IMG/VR virus record: IMGVR_UViG_3300042349_000626
Direction: 5' to 3' (one strand)
Source of the DNA: a virus
Taxonomy: Duplodnaviria > Heunggongvirae > Uroviricota > Caudoviricetes
DNA: 64,000 bases
The position numbers and the translations under genes are program-made. Below the pieces are notes generated by a model, which saw nothing but the letters and a program-made list of their open reading frames with translations, did no database searches and was not told the origin of the DNA. Shown piece by piece: positions 28,975 to 38,632 of this stretch; position 1 is the stretch's first letter; every line of letters starts with the position of its first letter.

Positions 28975-29226
28975 ATGTTAATAGTCAGATGCAAGAATTG
29001 CGGGAAGCAATTAGAGGAGCACCCTTCCCAACTCAGATGCTGCCAATGCCCCAACCTTACGAGCATCCGTGGTGGCAATATCAGTGGAGTGGATCTCAGC
29101 CTTGTAGAAATAATCTCGGGGGCCAAGTCCAAGCGCCCAGATTCCGTTTTGACGAAACAGGATCTACAGTTTCAGGAACAACGAAAGCAGCGTAAAGTTC
29201 GTAAATTGGATTTTGAAGTACGATGA
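28975..29226 (+). CDS. Zn-ribbon hypothetical protein
   Basis: CKNC...CQCPN; C-terminal RKVRKLDFEVR. Confidence 0.7.
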   Translation: MLIVRCKNCGKQLEEHPSQLRCCQCPNLTSIRGGNISGVDLSLVEIISGAKSKRPDSVLTKQDLQFQEQRKQRKVRKLDFEVR

Positions 29227-29345
29227 GACATTTGATTGTCACCGTGATGGAGAACCCACTATTAGTATCGCTAATGGGTTCTCTATTGATCATTCCCCCG
29301 ATCTGTGGTATCATGATCATACATCGGAAACCTAACGGAATGTAG
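29223..29345 (+). CDS. Small membrane protein, 40 aa
   Basis: MRHLIVTVMENPLLVSLMGSLLIIPPICGIMIIHRKPNGM; ATGA overlap; stop lies within the tRNA-Pro 5' end. Confidence 0.5.
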   Translation: MRHLIVTVMENPLLVSLMGSLLIIPPICGIMIIHRKPNGM

Positions 29346-29409
29346 CTCAGTTTGGTAGAGCACTCGCTTTGGGAGCGAGATGTCGCAGGTTCGAATCCTG
29401 TCATTCCGA
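29336..29409 (+). tRNA. tRNA-Pro(TGG)
   Basis: Acceptor CGGAATG/CATTCCG; anticodon loop TTTGGGA. Confidence 0.94.
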
Positions 29410-29427
29410 TTGTCATTACGACATACT

Positions 29428-29622
29428 ATGATTGAAATTACACAACAAGAATTTGAAGACAACTTCGATGCTTATATGGATCGGGTTGAAAAACATAAAG
29501 AATTATTTTTAATTCGAATGCCAGATGGTCGTGGTGTTGTAATGACTCCAGTTGAAGACGATCTAAAAGATTTATTTACTGACGTTATTGAGAAAAATTA
29601 TGTCCCTGAAATCACAGATTGA
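29428..29622 (+). CDS. Phd/YefM-like small protein
   Basis: ITQQEFEDNFDAYMDRVE...FLIR...GVVMTPV pattern. Confidence 0.55.
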   Translation: MIEITQQEFEDNFDAYMDRVEKHKELFLIRMPDGRGVVMTPVEDDLKDLFTDVIEKNYVPEITD

Positions 29623-29839
29623 AACAGCAAAAGATGCTGTGAGTAAAGCACTCATTACAGCACTTCAAGATAAAAATGAAACTGCCGTCAGTGATTTGTT
29701 TGATGCTTATAACAAACTTGTAAGTATTCAGATTACTGAAACTAATAAAAATATGTTTACTATTGGTAATCATATTCCTTGTAGTTATTATGGTAGTTCT
29801 ATGAACGATGATGTAATTTCATTCACTGGTCTGGGCTAG
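29600..29839 (+). CDS. Hypothetical protein
   Basis: MSLKSQIETAKDAVSKAL... Confidence 0.55.
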   Translation: MSLKSQIETAKDAVSKALITALQDKNETAVSDLFDAYNKLVSIQITETNKNMFTIGNHIPCSYYGSSMNDDVISFTGLG

Positions 29840-29883
29840 ACTTTAAACTTGCTCTGGTGGAGTCAACTTACCCTCTGTAGATT

Positions 29884-30084
29884 ATGCTGGCAGTTAATAT
29901 GAGATTTGTCGAAGAACTCGACAATGGTGACAAAGTGATTACGTATTACAGTGTGAAAGAGATTGACAAAAAATTCTACTACGTGTATAATGATGTCAAT
30001 CACGGTCCTTATGAGGATCTTGATGCTGCTGTTGAAGCAGCTTATGAAGATTTAATTCTTCAATTAGACATGGAGAGTCTCTAA
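29884..30084 (+). CDS. Hypothetical protein
   Basis: 66 aa; HGPYEDLDAAVEAA. Confidence 0.55.
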   Translation: MLAVNMRFVEELDNGDKVITYYSVKEIDKKFYYVYNDVNHGPYEDLDAAVEAAYEDLILQLDMESL

Positions 30085-30206
30085 AAACCCTGGTCGGGAA
30101 ACCCCCTCGATGAGTTTCCAATTTCTCTAAAAAATTGGTGGTGCGGATGGGGAATTCTTTCTCCGCCTGGTTTCTTGCCTCCAGTCAAAGGGCAAGTGGC
30201 GAGCCT
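30085..30206 (+). ncRNA. Structured ncRNA with two pseudoknotted UGGYG units (manA/wcaG-class cyanophage motif)
   Basis: Stems CCAATTT/AAATTGG and CTTGCCT/GGGCAAG, each followed by TGGYG; loop-to-5' pairings GAG/CTC and CTGG/CCAG; next to a tRNA. Confidence 0.7.
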
Positions 30207-30235
30207 GCTCACAGGGGATTGACCATCCCCACCCT

Positions 30236-30307
30236 GCGGAATTAGCTCAGCGGTAGAGCGCCTTCCTTCCAAGTAGGATGTCAGGGGTTCGAATCCCCTA
30301 TTCCGCT
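30236..30307 (+). tRNA. tRNA-Gly(TCC)
   Basis: Acceptor GCGGAAT/ATTCCGC; anticodon loop CTTCCAA. Confidence 0.92.
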
Positions 30308-30374
30308 TGCCCGTAAAGTTGTAAAACTTTACAAAGGGCTACTAAATAAACCTTGTAGTTAATTATACAATACT

Positions 30375-31253
30375 ATGATGATTCGTTCTTTTATTGCTGC
30401 CGCCGCTGTTGCTGCTACTGCTGCTCCTGCTATGGCACAAGTGACCAGTGTAAAGCAACTGAGTGATGTTCAACCTACCCAGTGGTCGTATCAAGCGATC
30501 ACCAATCTGGTTGAGCGTTATGGTTGTGTTGCTGGTTATCCCAATGGCACCTTCCAGCCTGGTCAACCTGCTACCCGTGCCGAACTGGCTGCTCTGACTA
30601 ATGCTTGTCTGGATCGTATTAGTGAGTTTCAAAGTGCTGCTGATGCTGCTCTTGCTGCTGCTCTTCGTGCTGAGTTTGCCAAAGAAATTGGTGCTACTAA
30701 TGCCCGTGTAACCGCCCTTGAAGTTGCTGCTGCTCAGAAAGCACAAGGCGTTGGTAACTACCTTGGTCTTGGTGTTCTTCTGAACAAGCAAGGTGTTGAT
30801 GGTGGTGGTTATACCTCCAATCGTACTATCTCTGGTGCTACTCTTCAAGCACGTTATGCTGCTAAGACTTTCAGCAATCAGAATGCTGTGTCGATTCGTC
30901 CTTACCTGAATGCTGTTGCTGGTCCTAACAGCAACATCGGTACTGCTGGTGGTGCTCTGCTGTCATATGACTGGAGTATTTCTCGTGCTGCTTCTGGTGT
31001 AAGCCGAGCAAACATCTACACTGGTGTTGGTTATCAAGTTCCTTTCGCTAACGATACTCAAGCAAACTTCCAGTCTGCTGTAGGAGATCGTGGTCAAGTT
31101 GTTCTTGCTCTGGGTGTAGAAGGTCGTATCACTAACTCTCTGGTTGGTTTTGCTGATCTGAAGTTCCCTACCACCAACGCTACTAACAGTTATGGTGCTA
31201 CCAACGGAACTTATTCTCCTGTGTTCACCACTGGTCTCGGTATCAAGTTCTGA
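30375..31253 (+). CDS. SLH-domain outer-membrane beta-barrel protein (cyanobacterial porin-like N-terminus)
   Basis: Signal peptide; SDVQPTQWSYQAITNLVERYGCVAGYPNGTF...TRAE SLH domain; coiled coil; C-terminal GLGIKF. Confidence 0.8.
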   Translation: MMIRSFIAAAAVAATAAPAMAQVTSVKQLSDVQPTQWSYQAITNLVERYGCVAGYPNGTFQPGQPATRAELAALTNACLDRISEFQSAADAALAAALRAEFAKEIGATNARVTALEVAAAQKAQGVGNYLGLGVLLNKQGVDGGGYTSNRTISGATLQARYAAKTFSNQNAVSIRPYLNAVAGPNSNIGTAGGALLSYDWSISRAASGVSRANIYTGVGYQVPFANDTQANFQSAVGDRGQVVLALGVEGRITNSLVGFADLKFPTTNATNSYGATNGTYSPVFTTGLGIKF

Positions 31254-31265
31254 TTTTATAACAAT

Positions 31266-31300
31266 GGGGGGTTGACAGACCCCCTTTTTTCATATATACT
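31266..31300 (+). terminator. Terminator fused to a sigma70 promoter
   Basis: GGGGG-gttgacaga-CCCCC followed by a T tract; TTGACA 31272-31277, 17 nt, TATACT 31295-31300. Confidence 0.75.
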
Positions 31301-31326
31301 ATTGTAACAATTCGTAATACAACAAG

Positions 31327-31536
31327 ATGACCGTAACGACTAATGAGCATGGACAACAAAATCTGTTTGCTCGTGAACCAAAAATGTATATTTCTGATGA
31401 GGATGCCATCAAGTATGGCATGATGACCCACAACGAACGAGCAGAGCTTGCCAACGGGCGCTGGGCTATGCTAGGATTTATTGCTGGCATCGTGTCCTAC
31501 GTTGCCACTGGCAAACTGTTTTTTGGCATTCTCTGA
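31327..31536 (+). CDS. hli: High-light inducible protein
   Basis: AELANGRWAMLGF. Confidence 0.93.
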   Translation: MTVTTNEHGQQNLFAREPKMYISDEDAIKYGMMTHNERAELANGRWAMLGFIAGIVSYVATGKLFFGIL

Positions 31537-31549
31537 CATTTGATTGACA

Positions 31550-32083
<534 letters not shown>

Positions 32084-32087
<4 letters not shown>

Positions 32088-32203
32088 AATTTGGATGGAC
32101 CCCTGAGGCTGAGATCCTCAACGCTCGTCTGGCAATGCTTGGATTTGTAATTGCTGTAGGAACTTACTTCACCACTGGACAAATTATTCCAGGCATCTGG
32201 TGA
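32084..32203 (+). CDS. hli: High-light inducible protein (short form, 39 aa)
   Basis: MKFGWTPEAEILNARLAMLGFVIAVGTYFTTGQIIPGIW; GAGGAG Shine-Dalgarno; absent from the ORF track. Confidence 0.9.
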
Positions 32204-32207
32204 TAAC

Positions 32208-32948
32208 TTAATACAAATAATCTTTGAGTTGGGGAAATAGATTTTCTATTTTCTCAACTCTTTTTTGTATGTCTAAATCATACAAAGACATAGTAGTTTC
32301 AATCAATCCATATGAAGGAAAAGTATATTCTATATGTTCTGTTTGATTGAACGTATCAATAACAGTATCATCTCTTCCATTTAATCTTGTTTTTTTCACA
32401 TCAATATCACAGAAAGAAAAGTCGGTTACTTCTGGTAAGTTAAAGTGATTACATACCTTCTTCAAAGTTTCTTTTTTATCTTGTAAAAAATCATTCGTAG
32501 TTATCCACAAAACATTTGAACTATCTAACATACGAAATACGCTATACAACCAAACGTATGTTACTTTATCAAGTTCATCTTTTGGTTTCCAATTAATTGC
32601 TGGGTGATTATGATTTTTTAGAATATAATCTGTCTTAGGTAATCTTTGTTTAATCCACATAGGATCAACAGATTTAATTTTACATAGATGTTGTGCTAAA
32701 GGTCTGTATAAAAATACTTTATTGCCAGGAAAGTTTGTTTCAAAGCAAGTAGTCATGCTTGGAAACTTAACAACAGACCCATAGAAATTTTCTATGTTTT
32801 TATATGGATCTATTCCAATCAATAAAGACTTTGCCCATGATGGTTCAGCATATGCTTTACATACTGTAGATAGCAATGAGGTCATTAGTGTAGAACCACA
32901 CCTTGCTACGTGATAGATTTGATGTATTTGTTCAGACATAATTATCAC
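32208..32948 (-). CDS. Sulfotransferase-like P-loop protein
   Basis: YHVARCGSTLMTSLL 5'-PSB-like motif; LYRP. Confidence 0.5.
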   Translation of the reverse strand: MIIMSEQIHQIYHVARCGSTLMTSLLSTVCKAYAEPSWAKSLLIGIDPYKNIENFYGSVVKFPSMTTCFETNFPGNKVFLYRPLAQHLCKIKSVDPMWIKQRLPKTDYILKNHNHPAINWKPKDELDKVTYVWLYSVFRMLDSSNVLWITTNDFLQDKKETLKKVCNHFNLPEVTDFSFCDIDVKKTRLNGRDDTVIDTFNQTEHIEYTFPSYGLIETTMSLYDLDIQKRVEKIENLFPQLKDYLY

Positions 32949-33549
32949 TATTTTTTACACTCATAAACTGAGATATACAGTATCTCCCATCACCATTCCA
33001 ATAAGCATCATCATTTATAGATACTTTTTTTACGCCGTGCTCTACATATCCAGGCAATAAGATGAAAGTATTATGTGAGCATTCAACTTGATATTTGTAT
33101 TGTGGAAAATACAATTCACCGCCACTAAACTTTTTAGGTGTGGTATGAAAATAAGAGAAGGTTAAAAACTCATGTCCAATATCTGTATGAGGTTGGTATC
33201 CCTCTCCATCGTGGTAGTATCTTAACTTTGTGATAATCGTATTAACATATCTGAGACGTAATAAATGAGGCCATTTATTTACAATTGTTGATATGAATGG
33301 GGTATCTAATGTCTTCTTTGTAACTTGAAGAATATTAGATAACTCTGGCATAGCATATGCTTTTTCCAGGTGTAGTGCTCTGCTTTCAGTAAGTTCTGTA
33401 TTACTAGTGTGATGAACTCCTGGTTTGTATAATTTGTTTGGGTATGATAAGAATTTAATTTCTTCTTGTATTAATGCTAACTCTTTTTCACTATAAAAGT
33501 TTTCAATTAATACATGCGGGAATGGATTATCAAGTAATTTTATATTCAT
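32932..33549 (-). CDS. 2OG-Fe(II) oxygenase (prolyl hydroxylase-like)
   Basis: PFPH, HTD, FSGGEL, HGV, terminal R. Confidence 0.85.
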   Translation of the reverse strand: MNIKLLDNPFPHVLIENFYSEKELALIQEEIKFLSYPNKLYKPGVHHTSNTELTESRALHLEKAYAMPELSNILQVTKKTLDTPFISTIVNKWPHLLRLRYVNTIITKLRYYHDGEGYQPHTDIGHEFLTFSYFHTTPKKFSGGELYFPQYKYQVECSHNTFILLPGYVEHGVKKVSINDDAYWNGDGRYCISQFMSVKNSDNYV

Positions 33550-33800
33550 TCATCTCCAGCAAGAATAACAAACTCATCAATTGTTTCATCGTAATACATT
33601 CCAATACCAGCATACCTTCCTCTAGTGTTTCCATTATATGAGGTTTGCTTCCAGTTAGTATTTTCTCCTTGAAGGTTTCTGCAGAATTGAATACCAATCT
33701 CTTCGTTTTCTTCTCCATTTTCGTCAACGATATCATCGTTAGATACAACAATAACTTCGATTACTTTATTGTTCTCGTCTAATTTAGCAAAGTGTGCCAT
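33546..33800 (-). CDS. Small conserved phage protein associated with Gly-rich fibre genes
   Basis: MAHFAKLDENNKV...WKQTSYN...YAGIG. Confidence 0.65.
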   Translation of the reverse strand: MAHFAKLDENNKVIEVIVVSNDDIVDENGEENEEIGIQFCRNLQGENTNWKQTSYNGNTRGRYAGIGMYYDETIDEFVILAGDE

Positions 33801-33802
33801 GC

Positions 33803-34729
33803 TTATAAAACAGTAAATGTATTAGAACCTGTAAAAGTATGTATAACGTAAGCAGTTCCACCTACTGTAACATATGTAATGGTTCCTCCAGTTGCTTTAG
33901 CAACAGTGCCAGGATATCGAATTACAACTACCCCAGAACCACCACTAGATGAAGTAGGTGTTGAAAAATTAGCAGTTACTCCATGAGCACCACCGCCACT
34001 ATTTGCTGGGGCATTTGTTGTGAATGAATTATTTGGATCTCCATTAGTTCCAGTAGTACCTTCACCTGCTCCACCGCCTCCCCATCCAACATAACTATCA
34101 GAAGTAGTAGAAAATGATGTTAAATTATATGCGGCACCACCATTGCCTCCAGTACCACCAAAAGGTCCCACGCTAGTAGTAGTGCCAGCACCTCCATATC
34201 CACCACCACCGCCGCCACCATAATCCAAGATATTTGCGCCACCTCCATTATTACCTTGACCAGCAGTTCCTGTTCCTGCAGTAAGTCTTGCTGTTGGAAA
34301 CCCAAGTGCCCTAGAAGAAGTACCACCACCACCAGAACTACCATTTTTATCTGTGCCAGAACTTCCCCCAGAACCACCACCTAATGATGTAAAAACAGCA
34401 ACCCCACCAGCAGATAAAGCATAATATGTAGAACTTCCTTTACCAGTAGAGTTGTCAGCAGCAGCACCACCAGCACCAATAGTAAGATATAAAGAACTTC
34501 CGTTTGCTGTAGTTCCGCTGGTGGTTCTTACGCCACCACCACCTCCGCCTCCAGAATAAGTTGGATAAACAAAATCATCATCAGATGCTGTGCCATACCA
34601 TGGGGCATAAGAACCTCCGCCACCACCAACTAATAACATTTCCCAATCCAATGGAACTGCTGGTAATATTGTTGATTTTGCTATACCAAATGCTCTACTA
34701 CTTCCTAAACCAAATGCTAATGGGCTCAT
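33803..34729 (-). CDS. Glycine-rich virion or tail-tip protein
   Basis: LVGGGGG, GGGGGGV, SGGSGVVVIRY, HTFTGS. Confidence 0.7.
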   Translation of the reverse strand: MSPLAFGLGSSRAFGIAKSTILPAVPLDWEMLLVGGGGGSYAPWYGTASDDDFVYPTYSGGGGGGGVRTTSGTTANGSSLYLTIGAGGAAADNSTGKGSSTYYALSAGGVAVFTSLGGGSGGSSGTDKNGSSGGGGTSSRALGFPTARLTAGTGTAGQGNNGGGANILDYGGGGGGGYGGAGTTTSVGPFGGTGGNGGAAYNLTSFSTTSDSYVGWGGGGAGEGTTGTNGDPNNSFTTNAPANSGGGAHGVTANFSTPTSSSGGSGVVVIRYPGTVAKATGGTITYVTVGGTAYVIHTFTGSNTFTVL

Positions 34730-34737
34730 GTTAGACC

Positions 34738-37700
34738 TCAGCTAAAGTTTGTATTGCCTGAACCAAATACGTTGATGGTTCCAGCACCATCTCTTACGAT
34801 GGTGAATGTGATTACATCGAAGTTATTTGTTGCTGTTGGAGCAGAACCGCCAGACCACTTAACTCCACCAGAAACAGCAGAGCCATTTACACTACAAGCA
34901 TCACCATAGGTTTGTGCTGTATCTCCATCAATAATTAGTGTTACTGTTGTTGCTTTGCTGTTTGCTGTTGGAACATTAGTAAATGCCCAAGTAGTTACAG
35001 AAGCATTTAAGTCACCAAGAACTACAGTTCCTACTGATGTATCTACTGTAAGTGTTCCAGTGGAAGGAGAAAGTGTGGTGTTGAAATTATTTACAGAAGT
35101 TTCTGTGATCTGTTTGAGGTTCGTTGTAGTGGCAACAGTAAGACCACCAAACATAGTTACGTCACCAGTAGAAGCAGAAATAGTTAATCGTTCAGTAAAT
35201 ACAGTATTAGCATCATTAACTGTTCTGAATGTAAAATAACCGCCACTATTATTGTAAGCACGAAGATCCCATTTACTTTGATTTGCTGTTCCTCCACTTA
35301 CAGTATATCTGATGAATGGATCTGTAGATGTTAAGTTTACTGAACCAGAAGAAGCACTACCAACAGAATTAAAAGTGGATGTTCCACTTACAGTTAGACT
35401 TGTTAGAGAACCAACAGAAGTTAAACTAGAACTTGTGACACCACCCCCTAAAGCAAATGAACCAGACGAAGGACCAATCTGAGAATTACTAGCAATTAAA
35501 ACGTTACCAATTCTATATTGTTTTGTGTTTGATAAGTCAATATGTTCAGTAACTGTCCAAGCATCGGTAGCATCAGTCCAAGTAATTTTCTTTTCGGTCG
35601 TTCCTTTGAGAACAATGCCACCACCATCAGCTGATAAATCGGATGGTCCGACAGCATTAAAGGTAGCGGCACCAGAAGAACCAGAAACAGGATTGGATAG
35701 TGTTGCTGCGTTGCCAGTAATTGAAACAATTGTTGTGCCGAAAGGAACACTAATACCACTAGTAGTGATGCTAACTTCCATACCAGGAATTAATCCAGCA
35801 GTTGGGGTAACTCCTGTAATATTTGCGCTACCATTAACAATGGTTGCCACAAATGTTGAGTTTACAACAGCACCAATTTCAATAGTCTTGTCGTCTACAG
35901 AAAGAACGGAAGAATTAATTGTAGTTGTAGATCCATTTACTGTAAGATTTCCACTAATAACAAGATTTTCGCCAACATTCAAGTTTCTTGGAACAGTAAC
36001 GTCAAAAGCATTTGATCCTCGGATCCATGTTTCTGTTCCAGATCCAATAACTAATTGTCTGTCTCCACTAACTGAAGGTGGTTGGTATGTGGCATTAGTG
36101 CTGTTCTCGTCATCAGCTGGACCGATTAAAACGTTACCAGATCCAAGACAATTATATCCAGCAAAGTGACCAATACAAACGTTAGAACTTCCACTGGCGT
36201 TTTCATTTAATGAACTAACACCAACTGCTATATTTTTAGCTCCATTTAAAAGACCTAGTAGAGCATCTCTACCAACAGCAACGTTGGAAGATCCTGTGTT
36301 AGCATTTCTGAGTGCTCTATAACCGTATGCTGTGTTTGCTGCTCCGGAGTTTAGTGTTGATCCTGCTTCATAACCAACGGCAGTGTTCTGACTACCAGAT
36401 GAATTATTTTGAAGAGCATTAAATCCAACTCTTGTGTTTGTAGCAATAGAATTGCCTCCTCTACCAATACGGAATGGGTTAACACTTGTTCCACGAATAG
36501 TAACGTCAGCATTTACAAAATCAACAGTGCCATTAATTGTTAGTGTGTCGCCAACAATTGTTCCTAACGTAACATTCTTTGAAACAGTTAAACCATGACG
36601 AATTGTTGTAGTACCAGTTCCGTTGGCGCCTAAAGTAATTGCTGTAGCAACACCAAAAGCACTCACTGAAGTTGCTGTTGAGTTTAATAGTGAGAAAGAT
36701 GTGCTTGATGTGATAATACTATCAACAAAACTTGGGTTTTGGTTGAATACTAGAACCCCAGTACCAGTACTATCAGAAATAATACCTCTTAATTGAGTAG
36801 ATGTTGTGGTAGCAAAAACAGCTAATGTGTCTGCTACGTAAGCAACACTACCTCCAGTTCTAAAAGCAACAGTAGAACCATCAGTACCAGAAAATGTTAC
36901 TGTGTTACTTGCTGTTAAAGTTTTTGAGTTGGCAATTGTGAGTGTGCCAGATGCTGTGGTTGTAATTGCTAATCCATTAATGGTTGTTGCTGTAGCAATA
37001 CCCAGAGTTGGACTAGTAAGAGTTGGGGAAGTTAGAGTTTTGTTAGTTAAAGTTTGTGTTTCGGCTTCAGTTACTAATCTACGACGAACAGATCCGTCAT
37101 AAACACTCCAGTATGAACCAGATTCAAACCACTGGAGTGATGTGTATGTTTGTGCTACTCCAGAAGAATTAGTAGTTCTGTTTAAACGAATACCACCATC
37201 AGAACCAACGAGATTATTTCCTCTTCTTAATTCAATTTCGTTATCAGTAACGGTTAGAGTTTGTGTATTTAAAGTCGTAGTTGTTCCACTAACAACAAAG
37301 TCACCACCAATAGTTACTGTTGATCCGTCGTCGGTAATGATGCTATTAGTAAATTGTTTGTTCGAGTTATCCCATTTAATAACTTTAGAATCAGTAAAGT
37401 TGTTTGAGTTTTTAACAGAAAAAGCAGTTGATGATAATGTTAGACCACCATTTGCTCCAGCAGTATATGTTGTATTTGTGTCTACTGATGAGATATTAAT
37501 TGTGTTTCCGGTTTGTGATACTGTAGCAGATCCAGAAGAAGTGAATGTAACATCACCAGAAACATAGGTTCCTGTTGCTGTTCCTCTTAATCTAGTTATT
37601 GTATTTGTATCAGTTGATGTTATTGTAATTGTTGAATCGGTTTGTGATACTACCGATGCTCCGTCAGCAACAATAGTAATGTCTCCTGTATTGTATGATG

Positions 37701-38517
37701 CTGTAGTGCCACCTCTTACACGAGTAATAGTATCTTGGGAAGAAATTGTGATATCACTACCACTTTGAGTAACAGTACTAGCACCACCTTGAAGGAAAGT
37801 AAAATCACCAGAAGCTAAAGTTTGACCAGTTCCAGCCCTTAATCTGGTAATAGTGTCGGTGAAGGTAGATGAAATTGTAATTACGCTTCCTGACTGAGAT
37901 ACCGTTGATGATCCAGCAGCAGCAATTGAAATGTCTCCAGATACTAAAGAACCTCCCGATGCTGACTGGAGGCGTGTTACTGTATTTGTATCAACATAAC
38001 TGGAGTTGATTGTAATGACATCACCAGTTCTACTTAATGTAACATTATTTCCTGCTGCAAATGTCACATCGTCAGTTACGCCAGCACCAGCATTTCCTCC
38101 AGATGTTAAACGAACGATCTTTTCTGATGCTGCTAATCCATCAACAGCAGAGATACTATATGTTGTGTTATTATCTGGGGTTGTTACGCTTCCTCCCAGC
38201 GAAATAGAAACGCCATTAACATTAATGTTAGAATTAACTAACGAACTGTTTGGAATATTTGAAATTATATTAGTACTACCAGATATAGCACATGTGGTCA
38301 AAGTTTTGTTTAATAATGTTTGGGTGGCATCGAGATATACATTACCGGGATTATCCCAAACCAATCCAGTTCCAGTACTTTTTAAATATTGCCCAGAAAT
38401 TCCAGTTGATCCACTCGTCAACAACCCATTACCAGTTAAATTTAAATTGTCTCCAGATACTAACTCTTCAATCTTTTTTGAGATAGCATTAACTATAAGG
38501 GGAAAACGATCTGCCAT
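34738..38517 (-). CDS. Long tail fibre / receptor-binding-like structural protein
   Basis: 1259 aa, T/S/G-rich, with internal repeats; two minus-strand TAAATA motifs at about 38539-38561. Confidence 0.75.
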   Translation of the reverse strand: MADRFPLIVNAISKKIEELVSGDNLNLTGNGLLTSGSTGISGQYLKSTGTGLVWDNPGNVYLDATQTLLNKTLTTCAISGSTNIISNIPNSSLVNSNINVNGVSISLGGSVTTPDNNTTYSISAVDGLAASEKIVRLTSGGNAGAGVTDDVTFAAGNNVTLSRTGDVITINSSYVDTNTVTRLQSASGGSLVSGDISIAAAGSSTVSQSGSVITISSTFTDTITRLRAGTGQTLASGDFTFLQGGASTVTQSGSDITISSQDTITRVRGGTTASYNTGDITIVADGASVVSQTDSTITITSTDTNTITRLRGTATGTYVSGDVTFTSSGSATVSQTGNTINISSVDTNTTYTAGANGGLTLSSTAFSVKNSNNFTDSKVIKWDNSNKQFTNSIITDDGSTVTIGGDFVVSGTTTTLNTQTLTVTDNEIELRRGNNLVGSDGGIRLNRTTNSSGVAQTYTSLQWFESGSYWSVYDGSVRRRLVTEAETQTLTNKTLTSPTLTSPTLGIATATTINGLAITTTASGTLTIANSKTLTASNTVTFSGTDGSTVAFRTGGSVAYVADTLAVFATTTSTQLRGIISDSTGTGVLVFNQNPSFVDSIITSSTSFSLLNSTATSVSAFGVATAITLGANGTGTTTIRHGLTVSKNVTLGTIVGDTLTINGTVDFVNADVTIRGTSVNPFRIGRGGNSIATNTRVGFNALQNNSSGSQNTAVGYEAGSTLNSGAANTAYGYRALRNANTGSSNVAVGRDALLGLLNGAKNIAVGVSSLNENASGSSNVCIGHFAGYNCLGSGNVLIGPADDENSTNATYQPPSVSGDRQLVIGSGTETWIRGSNAFDVTVPRNLNVGENLVISGNLTVNGSTTTINSSVLSVDDKTIEIGAVVNSTFVATIVNGSANITGVTPTAGLIPGMEVSITTSGISVPFGTTIVSITGNAATLSNPVSGSSGAATFNAVGPSDLSADGGGIVLKGTTEKKITWTDATDAWTVTEHIDLSNTKQYRIGNVLIASNSQIGPSSGSFALGGGVTSSSLTSVGSLTSLTVSGTSTFNSVGSASSGSVNLTSTDPFIRYTVSGGTANQSKWDLRAYNNSGGYFTFRTVNDANTVFTERLTISASTGDVTMFGGLTVATTTNLKQITETSVNNFNTTLSPSTGTLTVDTSVGTVVLGDLNASVTTWAFTNVPTANSKATTVTLIIDGDTAQTYGDACSVNGSAVSGGVKWSGGSAPTATNNFDVITFTIVRDGAGTINVFGSGNTNFS
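36120..36440 (-). repeat. 14-aa NxAxG beta-roll repeats (YadA-head-like)
   Basis: NTRVGF/NTAVGY/NTAYGY/NVAVGR/NIAVGV/NVCIGH/NVLIGP at about 14-residue spacing. Confidence 0.7.
37471..37992 (-). repeat. About four tandem ~42-aa repeats (DT(N)TITRL...GD(I/V)T...TVSQ.G..I.IS)
   Basis: Visible in the translation, aa ~176-350. Confidence 0.8.
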
Positions 38518-38632
38518 TACACTAACTAAGAGAGGGCGTATTTATTCTTAAAGTTATTTATGCCCAAGTGATGTCCTCCGATAAGGGATCTTAATGTCAG
38601 CACCTCCTGACCATTGTAGGTACTAATACCCA

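Noticed and set aside
29836-29875. GACT...CTGGTGGAGTC element resembling a fragment of the 30085-30206 RNA
   Set aside because: Only a short pairing and one TGGTG, with no full stem or pseudoknot; too weak without a covariance model
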